From the NCBI GenBank assembly GCA_030141605.1, contig JAQGDQ010000608.1, positions 65,556-129,555 of the forward strand: a stretch of 64,000 bases of DNA. The letters run 5' to 3'. The translations under genes were made by a program, and so were the position numbers. Shown here in pieces: positions 19,487 through 29,908 of this stretch. The notes below the pieces were generated by a model, which was not told where the DNA came from, ran no database searches, and worked only from the letters and a program-made list of their open reading frames with translations. Source of the DNA: Tubiluchus corallicola. Taxonomy: Eukaryota; Animalia; Priapulida. Every line of letters starts with the position of its first letter. The stretch's first letter is position 1.

Positions 19487-20860
19487 GGTATAGGCATACA
19501 TAGAACAGAACCAGACATATAAATCCATGTCAAAGGATTAGCTTTGAAGAGGGTTATGTCCAACTCTAAACTAGTTTGACGAAAGAACGACTAGAAGTGG
19601 AATATATTTGAGGTCAAATAGTAAGGGTCACGATCACTGATCGAGCTGTTGAATTTTACTTTATAGCACATATTAACAAATCATTATTGGACTTTTTTAA
19701 TTTAGAATTTGTCTCTAGTGCAAATTATAGTATTTACTATCAAACCTGGCAAGATGTGTATCGGGATCAGCATCAACCTATTTTGGTTTTGTGAATGAAG
19801 GAAAATCAAGTAAAGAAGATAGATAGATTTCGTACCCATTACTTAAGTTTAATTTATTTAGTGTGAAGATTATCTATCCAGCAAAATGTGGATAGTCAAA
19901 CATAAAACTGATTTGAGACTGTTAAGTTTACAGCCCACCCACTGTTTACGTGCGTGCTAATTTTCCCACTGGACACAGCTAAATGCAATATTACTGCATT
20001 ATAGACCATTTTGCGGTTGCTAGAAGCTATTGCTTCAAGCAAGTTCATCTCAAATTCGTGACTCATCATTTCACTACTACCGTGAAAGGGGATCAGGCCC
20101 CTTGGGGCCAACCACTAAATGCAGAAGTGCTGTTACAGTTAGCTAAAAACTGTCTACACAACGGAAATTGAAAAGAGAATCGACACTATGTAAGTGATAT
20201 ACGTAAACATAACTTCACTATGCAAATCAGCTGGCTGCTCCGTGGATTGCGCAAACAAACAAGAGGTTGATGTGTGTCTTGGTTTACTGCTGAAAAACTT
20301 TATTTAGCCCTAAAAAGTTCTTACGAAATTCTGTTGGTGCACGTGCGTCAATGCGTCCACCTGCCGGCGACCATTAGTCATGAAATACAATTAGCCCACG
20401 TAACGTAAATTAATAATGGAAATTACATGTTTACGACACCCTATATGGTACACAGTTAATTAATACTCCACAATTCTTCGCCTGAGATCATGTAAGGCCG
20501 ATGGGCATTCAAGCAAATTATCTATGGCGTCTTTTTCTCTAAATTCACGTGCCCAACGTAAGTGTAATACAGAACAAATCAAAATAGTTAACTACCGGAT
20601 TTCAGTATTCTTGAGCTGTGAGTCCAGGTCTTCAGCCTGATAACAATTAGATTCACACCAAGATAATGTAAACTTTACCAATACTAACTAAAGCTTTTTT
20701 GATCTCAGTTCTCTAATACAATCTGTTGTGTAAAATCTAGATCGATAGCAGCAGATATTGTTATCAAATATGGGTACTGTATCCACGTTGTTACAGGACT
20801 ATTACCCGTCGAGATACAGCATAATTATAAATCTGTTCGACAAATATTCATGTACACCTA
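19487..20860 (-). pseudogene. Decayed intronless ORF of unknown identity; continues in frame at 16109-15774 across the composite insertion
   Basis: Mostly one reading frame with scattered stops (REFREKDAIDNLLECPSALHDLRRRIVEY*..., SHEFEMNLLEAIASSNRKMVYNAVILHL..., LELDITLFKANPLTWIYMSGSVLCMPIP). The TSD encodes PIP on both sides of the insertion. Confidence 0.5.
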
Positions 20861-22442
20861 TTTTTACCTTTACATACCAGAACAGCAATTTCAAATGCAA
20901 TAATAGTTACAATATCTAAGCTTAAAACAATACAAAAGGAAATACATCGTGTTATAATCAAAACAGTAATATTAGGATTTACTAAAGCAATTTATAATCC
21001 ACATTTAAACATATCATTAAATGTAAACAACCTAGTTACTGTTACATTGCCACTATTACAAAATAATACTGATATACCAGACCTCAACAGAAAGAAAAAC
21101 ATGATATACCAAAATACTATCACAACTAAGCAAATTTTAACACTATCATACCTCTCGAGAAGAACACACCTCTGTGTCTCAAAAACCGATCTCTCTTCTC
21201 CCGAACAGTAGAGGTTGAGCGATTATATCCAAAATTCGCCCTAGAGTCACCGTGGTCGTGGTCGCTTGACTTAATGTTTTATAATAGGCCTAACACCGCC
21301 TTAGACAAGGGTCATAGGGGTTTGGAGTTCTGCAACTTGTTTCGGGTGTGTCCGCCCTATTATTTATCGTTTATCGACAGTGGTTTATTGTTCCTAAGGG
21401 CGTACCTTCCTTCAGGGCCAACTAAGACGAGCATATGCTTAGCTCTGTGAAATATAATGGTTTACCATTAATCAATGACAAACCACCGACCAGTTCCCAA
21501 GGCTTTCATGTATACTATTACTTAACTTCCTTATACAAACACCTGGCAGTTAATCAAGGATATTAAGATTAAGACATATTTTTATTGAGAAGGTGCATAT
21601 TAGAAAATTGGCTGACTGTTACAAAATAAACTGTTCACTCTACTTTGAATGAACAGAAACTGTTATACAAAATTTTGATCTAGTTGTGCGGTTTTTGAGA
21701 AACCCGACACGACACAGCACACAATTTCAACTTTGTGCAAAACGTTTCGCCATGCTTCTGTGTTGCTGATGTTGGTATTGTAGGTGTCGTCAACACCACT
21801 GTCATCATCGTCATGATCACCTTGTGATGTGATGGGTTTGGTGTAGTGTGGTGTGATGTAGTGGATGTGGTGTGGTTTAGTGGGTGTGGTGTGGTGAGAG
21901 TGCAGTGGATGGTGTGATGGGTGTAGCGTGGTGTGGGGTGGGTGGTGTGGGTTGTCATTGGTTTGTGTGCAAAATTCATTTGGCTTATATAAATAAATCC
22001 TGAAAACCACCAAAATTATAGATTAAAGTAGTGCTTGGGATTTGCTGTGTTTTTATCTTACCATCAACTGGATTAGTGTTACCTATGCAGAAATCAATTT
22101 TAACTGTTCTGCACTAAGTAGTTTTATAAAATTATTTTAATAATAATTGTTCTGTTAGTAATCGATTAAATATCATTTGCTTTTGTTGGTTTTGCGATCT
22201 GTAAAAGGGATCTATTATTCTATCCCAGTCTGAGATGATTGCATGGGGCACGTAACAACACTCATTCAGCCACTTGACTGATGGATTGATTGACTGATTG
22301 ATTGATGAATTCCCATTGTCATAAAAATATATATGCAATGTTTACTTCGACAGACAACATGACAGCGCATCAGTGAGCCAGTATATGATAATGAGACTGT
22401 TCATTCATGATTAGATTGCTACTACAAAGGTACAACATTTCT

Positions 22443-22525
<83 letters not shown>

Positions 22526-22586
22526 CACACAAACACAACATTACAATAAATGTTATTATTATAATATAAAATATTATAACTACACA

Positions 22587-22672
<86 letters not shown>

Positions 22673-22677
22673 ACACA

Positions 22678-22725
<48 letters not shown>

Positions 22726-22780
22726 CACACAAACACAACATTACAATAAATGTTATTATTATAATATAAAATATTATAAC

Positions 22781-23283
22781 TGTGGATGCGCCCAGTCCAG
22801 GCAATAAAACGGCAAAAATCAATGTTGAACTGTGCGATAGACCTGCAATTTATTAAAATACAGGATTACAAAAGGTGCTTTGGAATGTGCAAAAGCTTAT
22901 TACCATTTAGACAAAAAGTTTTAAGAAGTTTTAAGAAGACTGAAACAAATTATTACTTTATGACTCTATGAAGCAATTTTAACCAATTTAAACGTTTAAC
23001 TAATTATAAAGGTAGATGTGACTTACATTTACTGGTGACTTGGCTTGAAAATGCAACTAGTTAATAGACAAAAACAACGAAAGTATCACAAAACGGAATA
23101 AACAGTATAGCGGCAACAGAAAGTGTGACTACGTATAGAAACAAGTTTGATTGATAGGTGGCGTGTACTACTAAAAGCGTAAGTCACATGACTAAGGCTG
23201 GCTTCCTTTTTAAACAGTTTTGTAATTTGTAAAAAGAAAACAAATAATGATAAAATTTTTGATTGAATTGCTTGACACCAACA
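22781..23283 (-). repeat. 3' LTR of the BEL/Pao element
   Basis: 503-bp direct repeat of 28749-29251 with TG...CA termini. Confidence 0.97.
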
Positions 23284-23306
23284 TCTGGCTCCCCCAAAAT
23301 GTCTTC

Positions 23307-26300
23307 TTAAGAATTTTGACAAGTGGCTCCCTCGACGGGAATTGAACCTTCATCATTCTCCACAAGTAGAACTAGTTTGGAGATCGGTCTGTCAAGTTCT
23401 GTATCCTGTGTTTTGACTCTCACGCTCCGGACTTGATCCTGACAGTCTGGATAGGTCCTAATAACGCGACATAATTTCCAAACGTTTCTAGGTTGATTGT
23501 CATCCATGATGAGGCAAATGTCACCGATCTTCAGTGAGCGCTTGTGATGAAGCCATTTGGATCTCGACTGCAGGCTTTGCAAATATTCTCTCTTCCACCG
23601 AGTCCAGAATTGTTCCATCAGATACTGGACTCTTCTCCATTGCTTGCGACAGTACAGGTCCGGTCGCTGGAAGTTTCCTGGTGGAGGAAGAACCACTCTT
23701 GTTTTCCCAGTCAAAATAGAATTGGGGGATAAAGGCAAAAGTTCCTGGTCGCTCAGTGCTTCAACTGTAATCGGTCGACTATTCATGACTGCCTCTACTT
23801 CGATCAACAGCGTCCTAAGAGATTCATCTGTGAGAAGTGCAGAATTCTCTTGTAGCAAGGCTTCAAGAATGCGTCTCGAGGCCCCAATCAAACGTTCCCA
23901 TGCGCCTCCATGGTGGCTGGCTGATGGCACATTGAATTTCCAATCTGCTCCATGCTGCAACAGATAATTGCGAATTTTTTCGTTGTCCATCTCTTTGAAG
24001 CATTCCTTTGTCTCAGTTATGGTTCCCACAAAGTTGGTACCGCAATCACTTCGCATTTGCCTAATTGGACCCCTTCTGGCAAGGAAGCGACGTAGTGCCA
24101 TAATGAAGGCATCTGTGTCTAGTGATGCAGCTAACTCTAAATGGACAGCTCTGCTTACCAAGCAGGTAAAAATGATGCCGTAGCGTTTTAGAGTCTTACG
24201 GCCTTCTCGAACAAAAAACGGTCCAAACGCATCCGTGGCACAATATGTAAATGGCGGTGATGGCGTGAGACGATCGACTGGCAGGACCGACATCTTTTGC
24301 TCTTCATGTGGGCGGCGTAACTTACGGCAAGTAATGCAGTTTCTGATGACGTTGCGTACATTTGAATTGAGATTGATTATCCATAATCCTGCAGTTCGAA
24401 TCGCGTTCATGGTTAGACCACGTCCAGAATGATGTACAATCTTTTCGTGAAACCATCTGATAATTAGCTTCGAAGTTGCCGTTTTAGGTGGAATTATGAC
24501 CGGATGCTTCTCGCCAAATGTCAAATCGGATTGCTGTATTCTTCCACCAACTCGCATTACTCCTAATTTGTCCACGAATGGGCTCAACGGTTTACAGTTT
24601 CTTTTAAAGGTTTCACCATTTCTCGACTGAAGAAGAAGGTATAACATATTCTCTGCGGCAAGTAATGACTCAACAGAAAATTGTCCATTCATTTCTACGT
24701 CATTCATTAAGGAGCTGGTAGTCGGCTTTGCAGTGGAAAGATTCGATCTGAATACATTGCAAGCTCGCATAACTGTTGCAAGTGTTCTCTTCATCTTGTA
24801 CCACGAAGAACAGCGTGATTCTAAAGTGTCAATAAGCCTGGTAGAGTCATGTGATGCAGCGCCAATTGTCCTGACTGATTTCAATTCGGGATCGGTCTCT
24901 GCAATGCTAAATGACTGCATGCCAGTTTTCTTCCAAAATTCATCTTCAGCATAAAGCATTTTCGGTCCACGAAACCAAATGTTGTTGTTGATAAACTGTT
25001 CTACTTGCTGACCTCGAGAAGCCACGTCACTCGGGTTTGATTTAGTATCAATATAGTGCCAATGCGTCGGGTTCGATTTGTCTAGAATCTGCTGCACTCT
25101 GTTGGCGACAAAAATCTTAAACCTCCTTGTTTGGTTTGCTATATAGCTCAACACTACTTTGGAATCGCTCCAATAATAATGCTGCGCGTTTTCATAGTCC
25201 AGCTCGTGGTCCAACATACTGGCAGTGTTCACTGATAATACTGCAGCTGTGAGTTCGAGTCTAGGCATGGTCACATGCTTGACAGGTGTGACACGAGCTT
25301 TACCTTGAATTAAGGTACAGTGTATCTGGTTGGTGCTATCAACAAGCCTTAGGTATGAACATGTACCATATCCGACCTCACTTGCATCAGAAAAGTGATG
25401 TATCTGGATGTCCTGTATTTCACCAAAATCATCTGGGTGAAAACAGCGAGGAATTCGTAACTGCTCTATTAAAGGCAAGCTTCGTCTCCAGATTTCCCAG
25501 CGTTGTCTAACATTTTCTGGTACTGACTCATCCCAACCAAGACGATCACGCGTGAGTTCTTGCAGTATAATCTTTCCTATCAACAAGGCAGGTGAAATAA
25601 GACCCATTACGTCATAAATGCTGTGGATCGTTGAAAGTATGCCTCGTCGAGTCAAGGGTGTGTCATTCAGCCGTATGCGGAAACCAAAGGCGTCGTTTTG
25701 TATATACCATGACACGCCTAGGGCATACTCTATCTGTTCCTTGTAAGCGTTGATCGTTTTGCTTTCCCGGTTCGCACGATCTTCAATCGGAATGGCGGCT
25801 ATGATCTCTGATTTGTTAGCAACAAACTGTGTTAATCTAAAATTTCCTTTCTGACAGAGATCCTTTAACTGTGTCGCTATAGCAGTGGCATCATGAGTTG
25901 TAGAAGCAAATTTACAACAGTCGTCCACATAGAAATTAAACAAAATTGTTTGAGTCACATCGCGTGGGAAGGCAGTAACATTGTCTTTAGCTGTCTGCTG
26001 TAATGCGAAATTGGCACATACTCCTGATGATACTGCCCCAAACAAGTGGACTAGCATTCGGTAGTCACGCGGCGGATTTTTTGGGTCACCCTGGTCCCAC
26101 CATAAAAATCTTACGTATTCTGCTTGGTGGCGTGGAATTGCAACCCTGTAGTACATCGATTGTATGTCGGCCATGAAAGCCGCTGGTCCTTGTCTAAAAC
26201 GGCACAAGACTCCCAATAATGAGTTGGTTAAATTTGGCGCTTGCAAAAGTTCGTTGTTCAAGGAAGTTCCCATGAACACGGCGCTGCAGTTAAACACAAC

Positions 26301-27752
26301 TCTGATTTTCTTCTTGCGCTTATGGTAAACTGGGTGGTGGGGTATGTACCACACTTTTCCTGCATCTGGGTACGGCTCTGAGGGTGGCACCTTTTCGGCA
26401 TATCCGTTTTCTAGCATCTTATTCATGAACGCAGTATATTCGTTTCTCAGCTCTTCAGCCTGAAACCTTTTGGCTAAACTGCGCATGCGCTGTTCGGCTT
26501 GTACCCTGTTATTTGGCATAACTGGATTATCCTTCTTGAATGGCAACGGCACAACATATTTTCCATTCTTGTAACAAGTCTGCGCAGTAACTTTGTTCAT
26601 GAAAAGCTTTTCCTCTTGAGAATCACCATAACCATTAGCGTCAGTTGCATTCTGAACGGCAGTAGGGATGCTAAACTGACAAGACGAAATTTCTTCGGTG
26701 GCGGCATCTGTGCATATCACCCGGCTATAGCTGGATCTAAGACCTTCGCGTGACGCTTTACCAATTACGCCCTGTACCGTCCAGCCTAAACGTGTAAGAA
26801 CAGCATAACAATTAAAATCTGGGTGGCTAATGACTTGCAGAGGCTCCATTGCCTTTGGTGTGTTCATGCCTAATAGTAAACCAACTTCAACATTGTGCAT
26901 TATAGGATGGAGTGATTTCGCTATGTCACTCAAATGCCTCAATTCTTCCACTTTGTTAGGATCTGGTATCTCGTTTCTATCAGCTGGAATTAACTCTTTC
27001 GTAAACAAACGTGGTAACTCAACGACGTTGCTACCATTCAAGCGCGAAACGCATAAACCATCAATTCCTTGTGATTTAATTAAATGAGTCCCACTAAGTG
27101 TGCGTAGGCGGATGTCAGTATACTGCCCGGTAGCCCCTAATTCTTCAGCTAGCTCTTCTGAAATGAAGCCGTCATTACTACCTGGGTCTAAGAAGCAGTA
27201 GGCTACGCGGCTGTTATGAACGTTATCTTTGTGAAAGATCTTAACTGGGACTATTGCCATTGAAACTACGCTGTCGGCTGAAGTGACGTTACTAGTGTTT
27301 ACGCGAGAAATTGAAGCAGTCGAAGTTGATTGATGTTGATTTGTAGGCTTAGCTTCACGTATTGCATCAGTTCGTAACTGTGAACTATCACCGCTTACAC
27401 CTGACTGTGATTGCGTGTCGATATGAAGCACTGTGGGATGAGTGCGTTTGCATATATCACAATGTTTCTTAGATCTACAATCCTTATACGCATGAAAAGT
27501 CCCATTCAAGCATCCAAAACAAATTTTATTGTCTTTGACAAACTTTCTTTTGGCATCGTAGGAAAGCTGACTGAACTCTTTGCATTTATCTAAACGATGA
27601 TTAGTAGCTGAGCAATAAAAACAAGGCCTTTGTTTTAGAGTTTGACCCTTTGACATATTATTAGAGTCAATAGCGAATGATGACGATTTGCGACTACCAC
27701 CTTTGGAAGTCTTAAATGTATGCTCTTCCCCTTTATCTGTAGATTTTGCCAT
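23307..27752 (-). CDS. BEL/Pao Gag C-terminus plus Pol polyprotein (zinc knuckles, aspartic protease, RT, RNase H, integrase)
   Basis: 1481-aa ORF with three Cys/His knuckles (CFYC..H..C, CFGC..H..C, CDIC..H..LH), protease FLDPGS, RT YVDD, RNase H HHFSDASEVGYG / PRLELTAA / WSDS, integrase HHCC and D-D-E (DAFGP, SDCGTNF, GAWERL), and BEL-type C-terminus RPISKLVLL. Confidence 0.96.
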   Translation of the reverse strand: MAKSTDKGEEHTFKTSKGGSRKSSSFAIDSNNMSKGQTLKQRPCFYCSATNHRLDKCKEFSQLSYDAKRKFVKDNKICFGCLNGTFHAYKDCRSKKHCDICKRTHPTVLHIDTQSQSGVSGDSSQLRTDAIREAKPTNQHQSTSTASISRVNTSNVTSADSVVSMAIVPVKIFHKDNVHNSRVAYCFLDPGSNDGFISEELAEELGATGQYTDIRLRTLSGTHLIKSQGIDGLCVSRLNGSNVVELPRLFTKELIPADRNEIPDPNKVEELRHLSDIAKSLHPIMHNVEVGLLLGMNTPKAMEPLQVISHPDFNCYAVLTRLGWTVQGVIGKASREGLRSSYSRVICTDAATEEISSCQFSIPTAVQNATDANGYGDSQEEKLFMNKVTAQTCYKNGKYVVPLPFKKDNPVMPNNRVQAEQRMRSLAKRFQAEELRNEYTAFMNKMLENGYAEKVPPSEPYPDAGKVWYIPHHPVYHKRKKKIRVVFNCSAVFMGTSLNNELLQAPNLTNSLLGVLCRFRQGPAAFMADIQSMYYRVAIPRHQAEYVRFLWWDQGDPKNPPRDYRMLVHLFGAVSSGVCANFALQQTAKDNVTAFPRDVTQTILFNFYVDDCCKFASTTHDATAIATQLKDLCQKGNFRLTQFVANKSEIIAAIPIEDRANRESKTINAYKEQIEYALGVSWYIQNDAFGFRIRLNDTPLTRRGILSTIHSIYDVMGLISPALLIGKIILQELTRDRLGWDESVPENVRQRWEIWRRSLPLIEQLRIPRCFHPDDFGEIQDIQIHHFSDASEVGYGTCSYLRLVDSTNQIHCTLIQGKARVTPVKHVTMPRLELTAAVLSVNTASMLDHELDYENAQHYYWSDSKVVLSYIANQTRRFKIFVANRVQQILDKSNPTHWHYIDTKSNPSDVASRGQQVEQFINNNIWFRGPKMLYAEDEFWKKTGMQSFSIAETDPELKSVRTIGAASHDSTRLIDTLESRCSSWYKMKRTLATVMRACNVFRSNLSTAKPTTSSLMNDVEMNGQFSVESLLAAENMLYLLLQSRNGETFKRNCKPLSPFVDKLGVMRVGGRIQQSDLTFGEKHPVIIPPKTATSKLIIRWFHEKIVHHSGRGLTMNAIRTAGLWIINLNSNVRNVIRNCITCRKLRRPHEEQKMSVLPVDRLTPSPPFTYCATDAFGPFFVREGRKTLKRYGIIFTCLVSRAVHLELAASLDTDAFIMALRRFLARRGPIRQMRSDCGTNFVGTITETKECFKEMDNEKIRNYLLQHGADWKFNVPSASHHGGAWERLIGASRRILEALLQENSALLTDESLRTLLIEVEAVMNSRPITVEALSDQELLPLSPNSILTGKTRVVLPPPGNFQRPDLYCRKQWRRVQYLMEQFWTRWKREYLQSLQSRSKWLHHKRSLKIGDICLIMDDNQPRNVWKLCRVIRTYPDCQDQVRSVRVKTQDTELDRPISKLVLLVENDEGSIPVEGATCQNS

Positions 27753-27811
27753 AGCTTGTCGGCTAAGAATAGGATGAGATAAACTTTTCGTCCTATCACT
27801 GATATGTTTAA

Positions 27812-28718
27812 CTACCTCGGTGAATTTCGGCGGTCTACCATAAGTTCATAACGCTTTTCTATTTTCTGCGCATGCTCAAGAACTTGATCTTGCATACGAT
27901 AGGGTAGCTTAGAGCAAACTAATTGTATAGTACACGGGTCATCTAGCGATAACAAATATGCATTATCATGCATAGATGCTCCGCAATTGTTCAGAAAAGC
28001 AGAAAACTCTTCAACTGAATCGACGTCATCCATTTTTGTGATAGGCTTCCAAGATCTCAATTTAGTTTTAAATGCTGCAGCAGCGACTGACGAATTCCCG
28101 TATTTAGCGTGCAATGCGGCAACGGCATGATCGTACGGCTTCCTATTATTCTCTGATGCTTCAACTAATGTCTGTGCCTTTCCTTCAGTGTACTGAACCA
28201 AATATCTGTACAACTGTAACTGATCAGTTATGCAAGTTTCAAATGTCTGTTTAAAAACTGTGATAAAGGCGTTATATTTTGTTACGTCATGTCCATTAAA
28301 TTTCACCAATTCAGGCGGCGGTAATTTTTGCAAACTGACTATCTGGTTAAGACATTTCGCTTGATCTAGAAAAGCTTTAGCAATTAACTCGGGGTCGATG
28401 GCTACTGTAGTCCGGCATTCTTTGCGATTGCTGTCGTGAGATGTCTACTAACGTGCGCTGCTGTAAGTCCGCAATAGGTAGTTGTTGACCTTGACCATCA
28501 GGTGTCTGGGATTCGCTTATCGGCTCAGGTAAATCTTCTATCATGGCGTCGCTTGTTCTCTCGGCTTCATGGCGGGCGTCTCTCGCGTCCTTCAGCATCC
28601 TGGCGATGAGTTGGTCCTTAGTGCCCTCCTCTGGTAGTCCATAGTCTATACATAAGTTTTTCAAATCGGCTTTGTGCATTTTACGTAAGTTGCTCTCCGT
28701 GAGTGCTAATTGAGCCAT
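27812..28718 (-). pseudogene. N-terminal BEL/Pao gag (SAP-like motif plus Gag core), broken by two frameshifts
   Basis: ORF 28718-28377 begins with KADLKNLCIDYGLPEEGTKDQLIARM. The next frame gives LPPPELVKFNG...LYRYLVQYTEGKAQ...LHAKYG (BEL Gag core), then rejoins the long ORF frame at GRPPKFTEVVKHISDR...SHPILS. Confidence 0.85.
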
Positions 28719-28748
28719 CTCTACACCCCTAGCAGTAAATGTCTATGA

Positions 28749-29251
28749 TGTGGATGCGCCCAGTCCAGGCAATAAAACGGCAAAAATCAATGTTGAACTG
28801 TGCGATAGACCTGCAATTTATTAAAATACAGGATTACAAAAGGTGCTTTGGAATGTGCAAAAGCTTATTACCATTTAGACAAAAAGTTATAAGAAGTTTT
28901 AAGAAGACTGAAACAAATTATTACTTTATGACTCTATGAAGCAATTTTAACCGATTTAAACGTTTAACTAATTATAAAGGTAGATGTGACTTACATTTAC
29001 TGGTGACTTGGCTTGAAAATGCAACTAGTTAATAGACAAAAACAACGAAAGTATCACAAAACGGAATAAACAGTATAGCGGCAACAGAAAGTGTGACTAC
29101 GTATAGAAACAAGTTTGATTGATAGGTGGCGTGTACTACTAAAAGCGTAAGTCACATGACTAAGGCTAGCTTCCTTTTTAAACAGTTTTGTAATTTGTAA
29201 AAAGAAAACAAATAATGATAAAATTTTTGATTGAATTGCTTGACACCAACA
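28749..29251 (-). repeat. 5' LTR of the BEL/Pao element
   Basis: 503-bp direct repeat of 22781-23283 with TG...CA termini. Confidence 0.97.
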
Positions 29252-29908
29252 ATAACTATAACTGACACCCATGCAATGTTAGCTCCTGTTTAAACTTTCG
29301 CAAGCTTAGACATACTTTGTCACCAAACTGCTTCAAAATTTAGACCCCATTGAGTCGTATTAACTAAAGCTACTGCGACAAAAACTTGTCCATTGCAATG
29401 TTCTACAAACACAATTTAAAACTTTGCATTCTTAATTTTAACTGGAGCCAGGCGGCACACTGTCCTGTATACACTATGCACAAAGATGCAGGCTACGTGG
29501 AAAGAGGAAATAATAATCATATTAGTGAAATTAATAGTAGTGCACGTGAGTGAAAAACTGTGTTACATATGTCTGCATCTTCAACATCGTTATTATAATT
29601 ACTACCTTTGTATGTAAAGTGTAAAGCAAGAATACATTCATGACTGACTAGTACCTGAGCAGCACACATATAATTATGTTATAAATTCACATGAGCCGAC
29701 ATGACTTGCGTGCCAAGTAAAGAAAAAAAGTGAAACGACTTAAATCGCTAATCAACTGAATTTATTTTGTTTCGCAATTTTACATTATAGACTAATTTTA
29801 ACTTGGCGTTATTTTTAAACTAAATGGCTTGGAAATTTTTAGTTAATTTAGTGTTATTCTGTTACCTCTAAATTGTGTTATAATTTATAAATATTACTTG
29901 GCGCGTAA

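Larger units (their letters stand above)
22781..29251 (-). mobile_element. Full-length BEL/Pao LTR retrotransposon, recent insertion
   Basis: Two 503-bp TG...CA LTRs (22781-23283, 28749-29251) differing at about 3 positions. 5-bp TSD ATAAC (22776-22780, 29252-29256). Purine-rich tract GGGGGAGCCAGA before the 3' LTR. Domain order gag-PR-RT-RH-IN. Confidence 0.97.

Noticed and set aside
20466-20636. Two apparent small minus-strand exons (AEDLDSQLKNTEI, EKDAIDNLLECP...)
   Set aside because: The supposed intron reads through in the same frame with one stop; better explained as part of the decayed intronless ORF.
22786-24954. Short ORFs in the LTRs and antisense to pol
   Set aside because: Shadow ORFs of the retrotransposon with no independent evidence.
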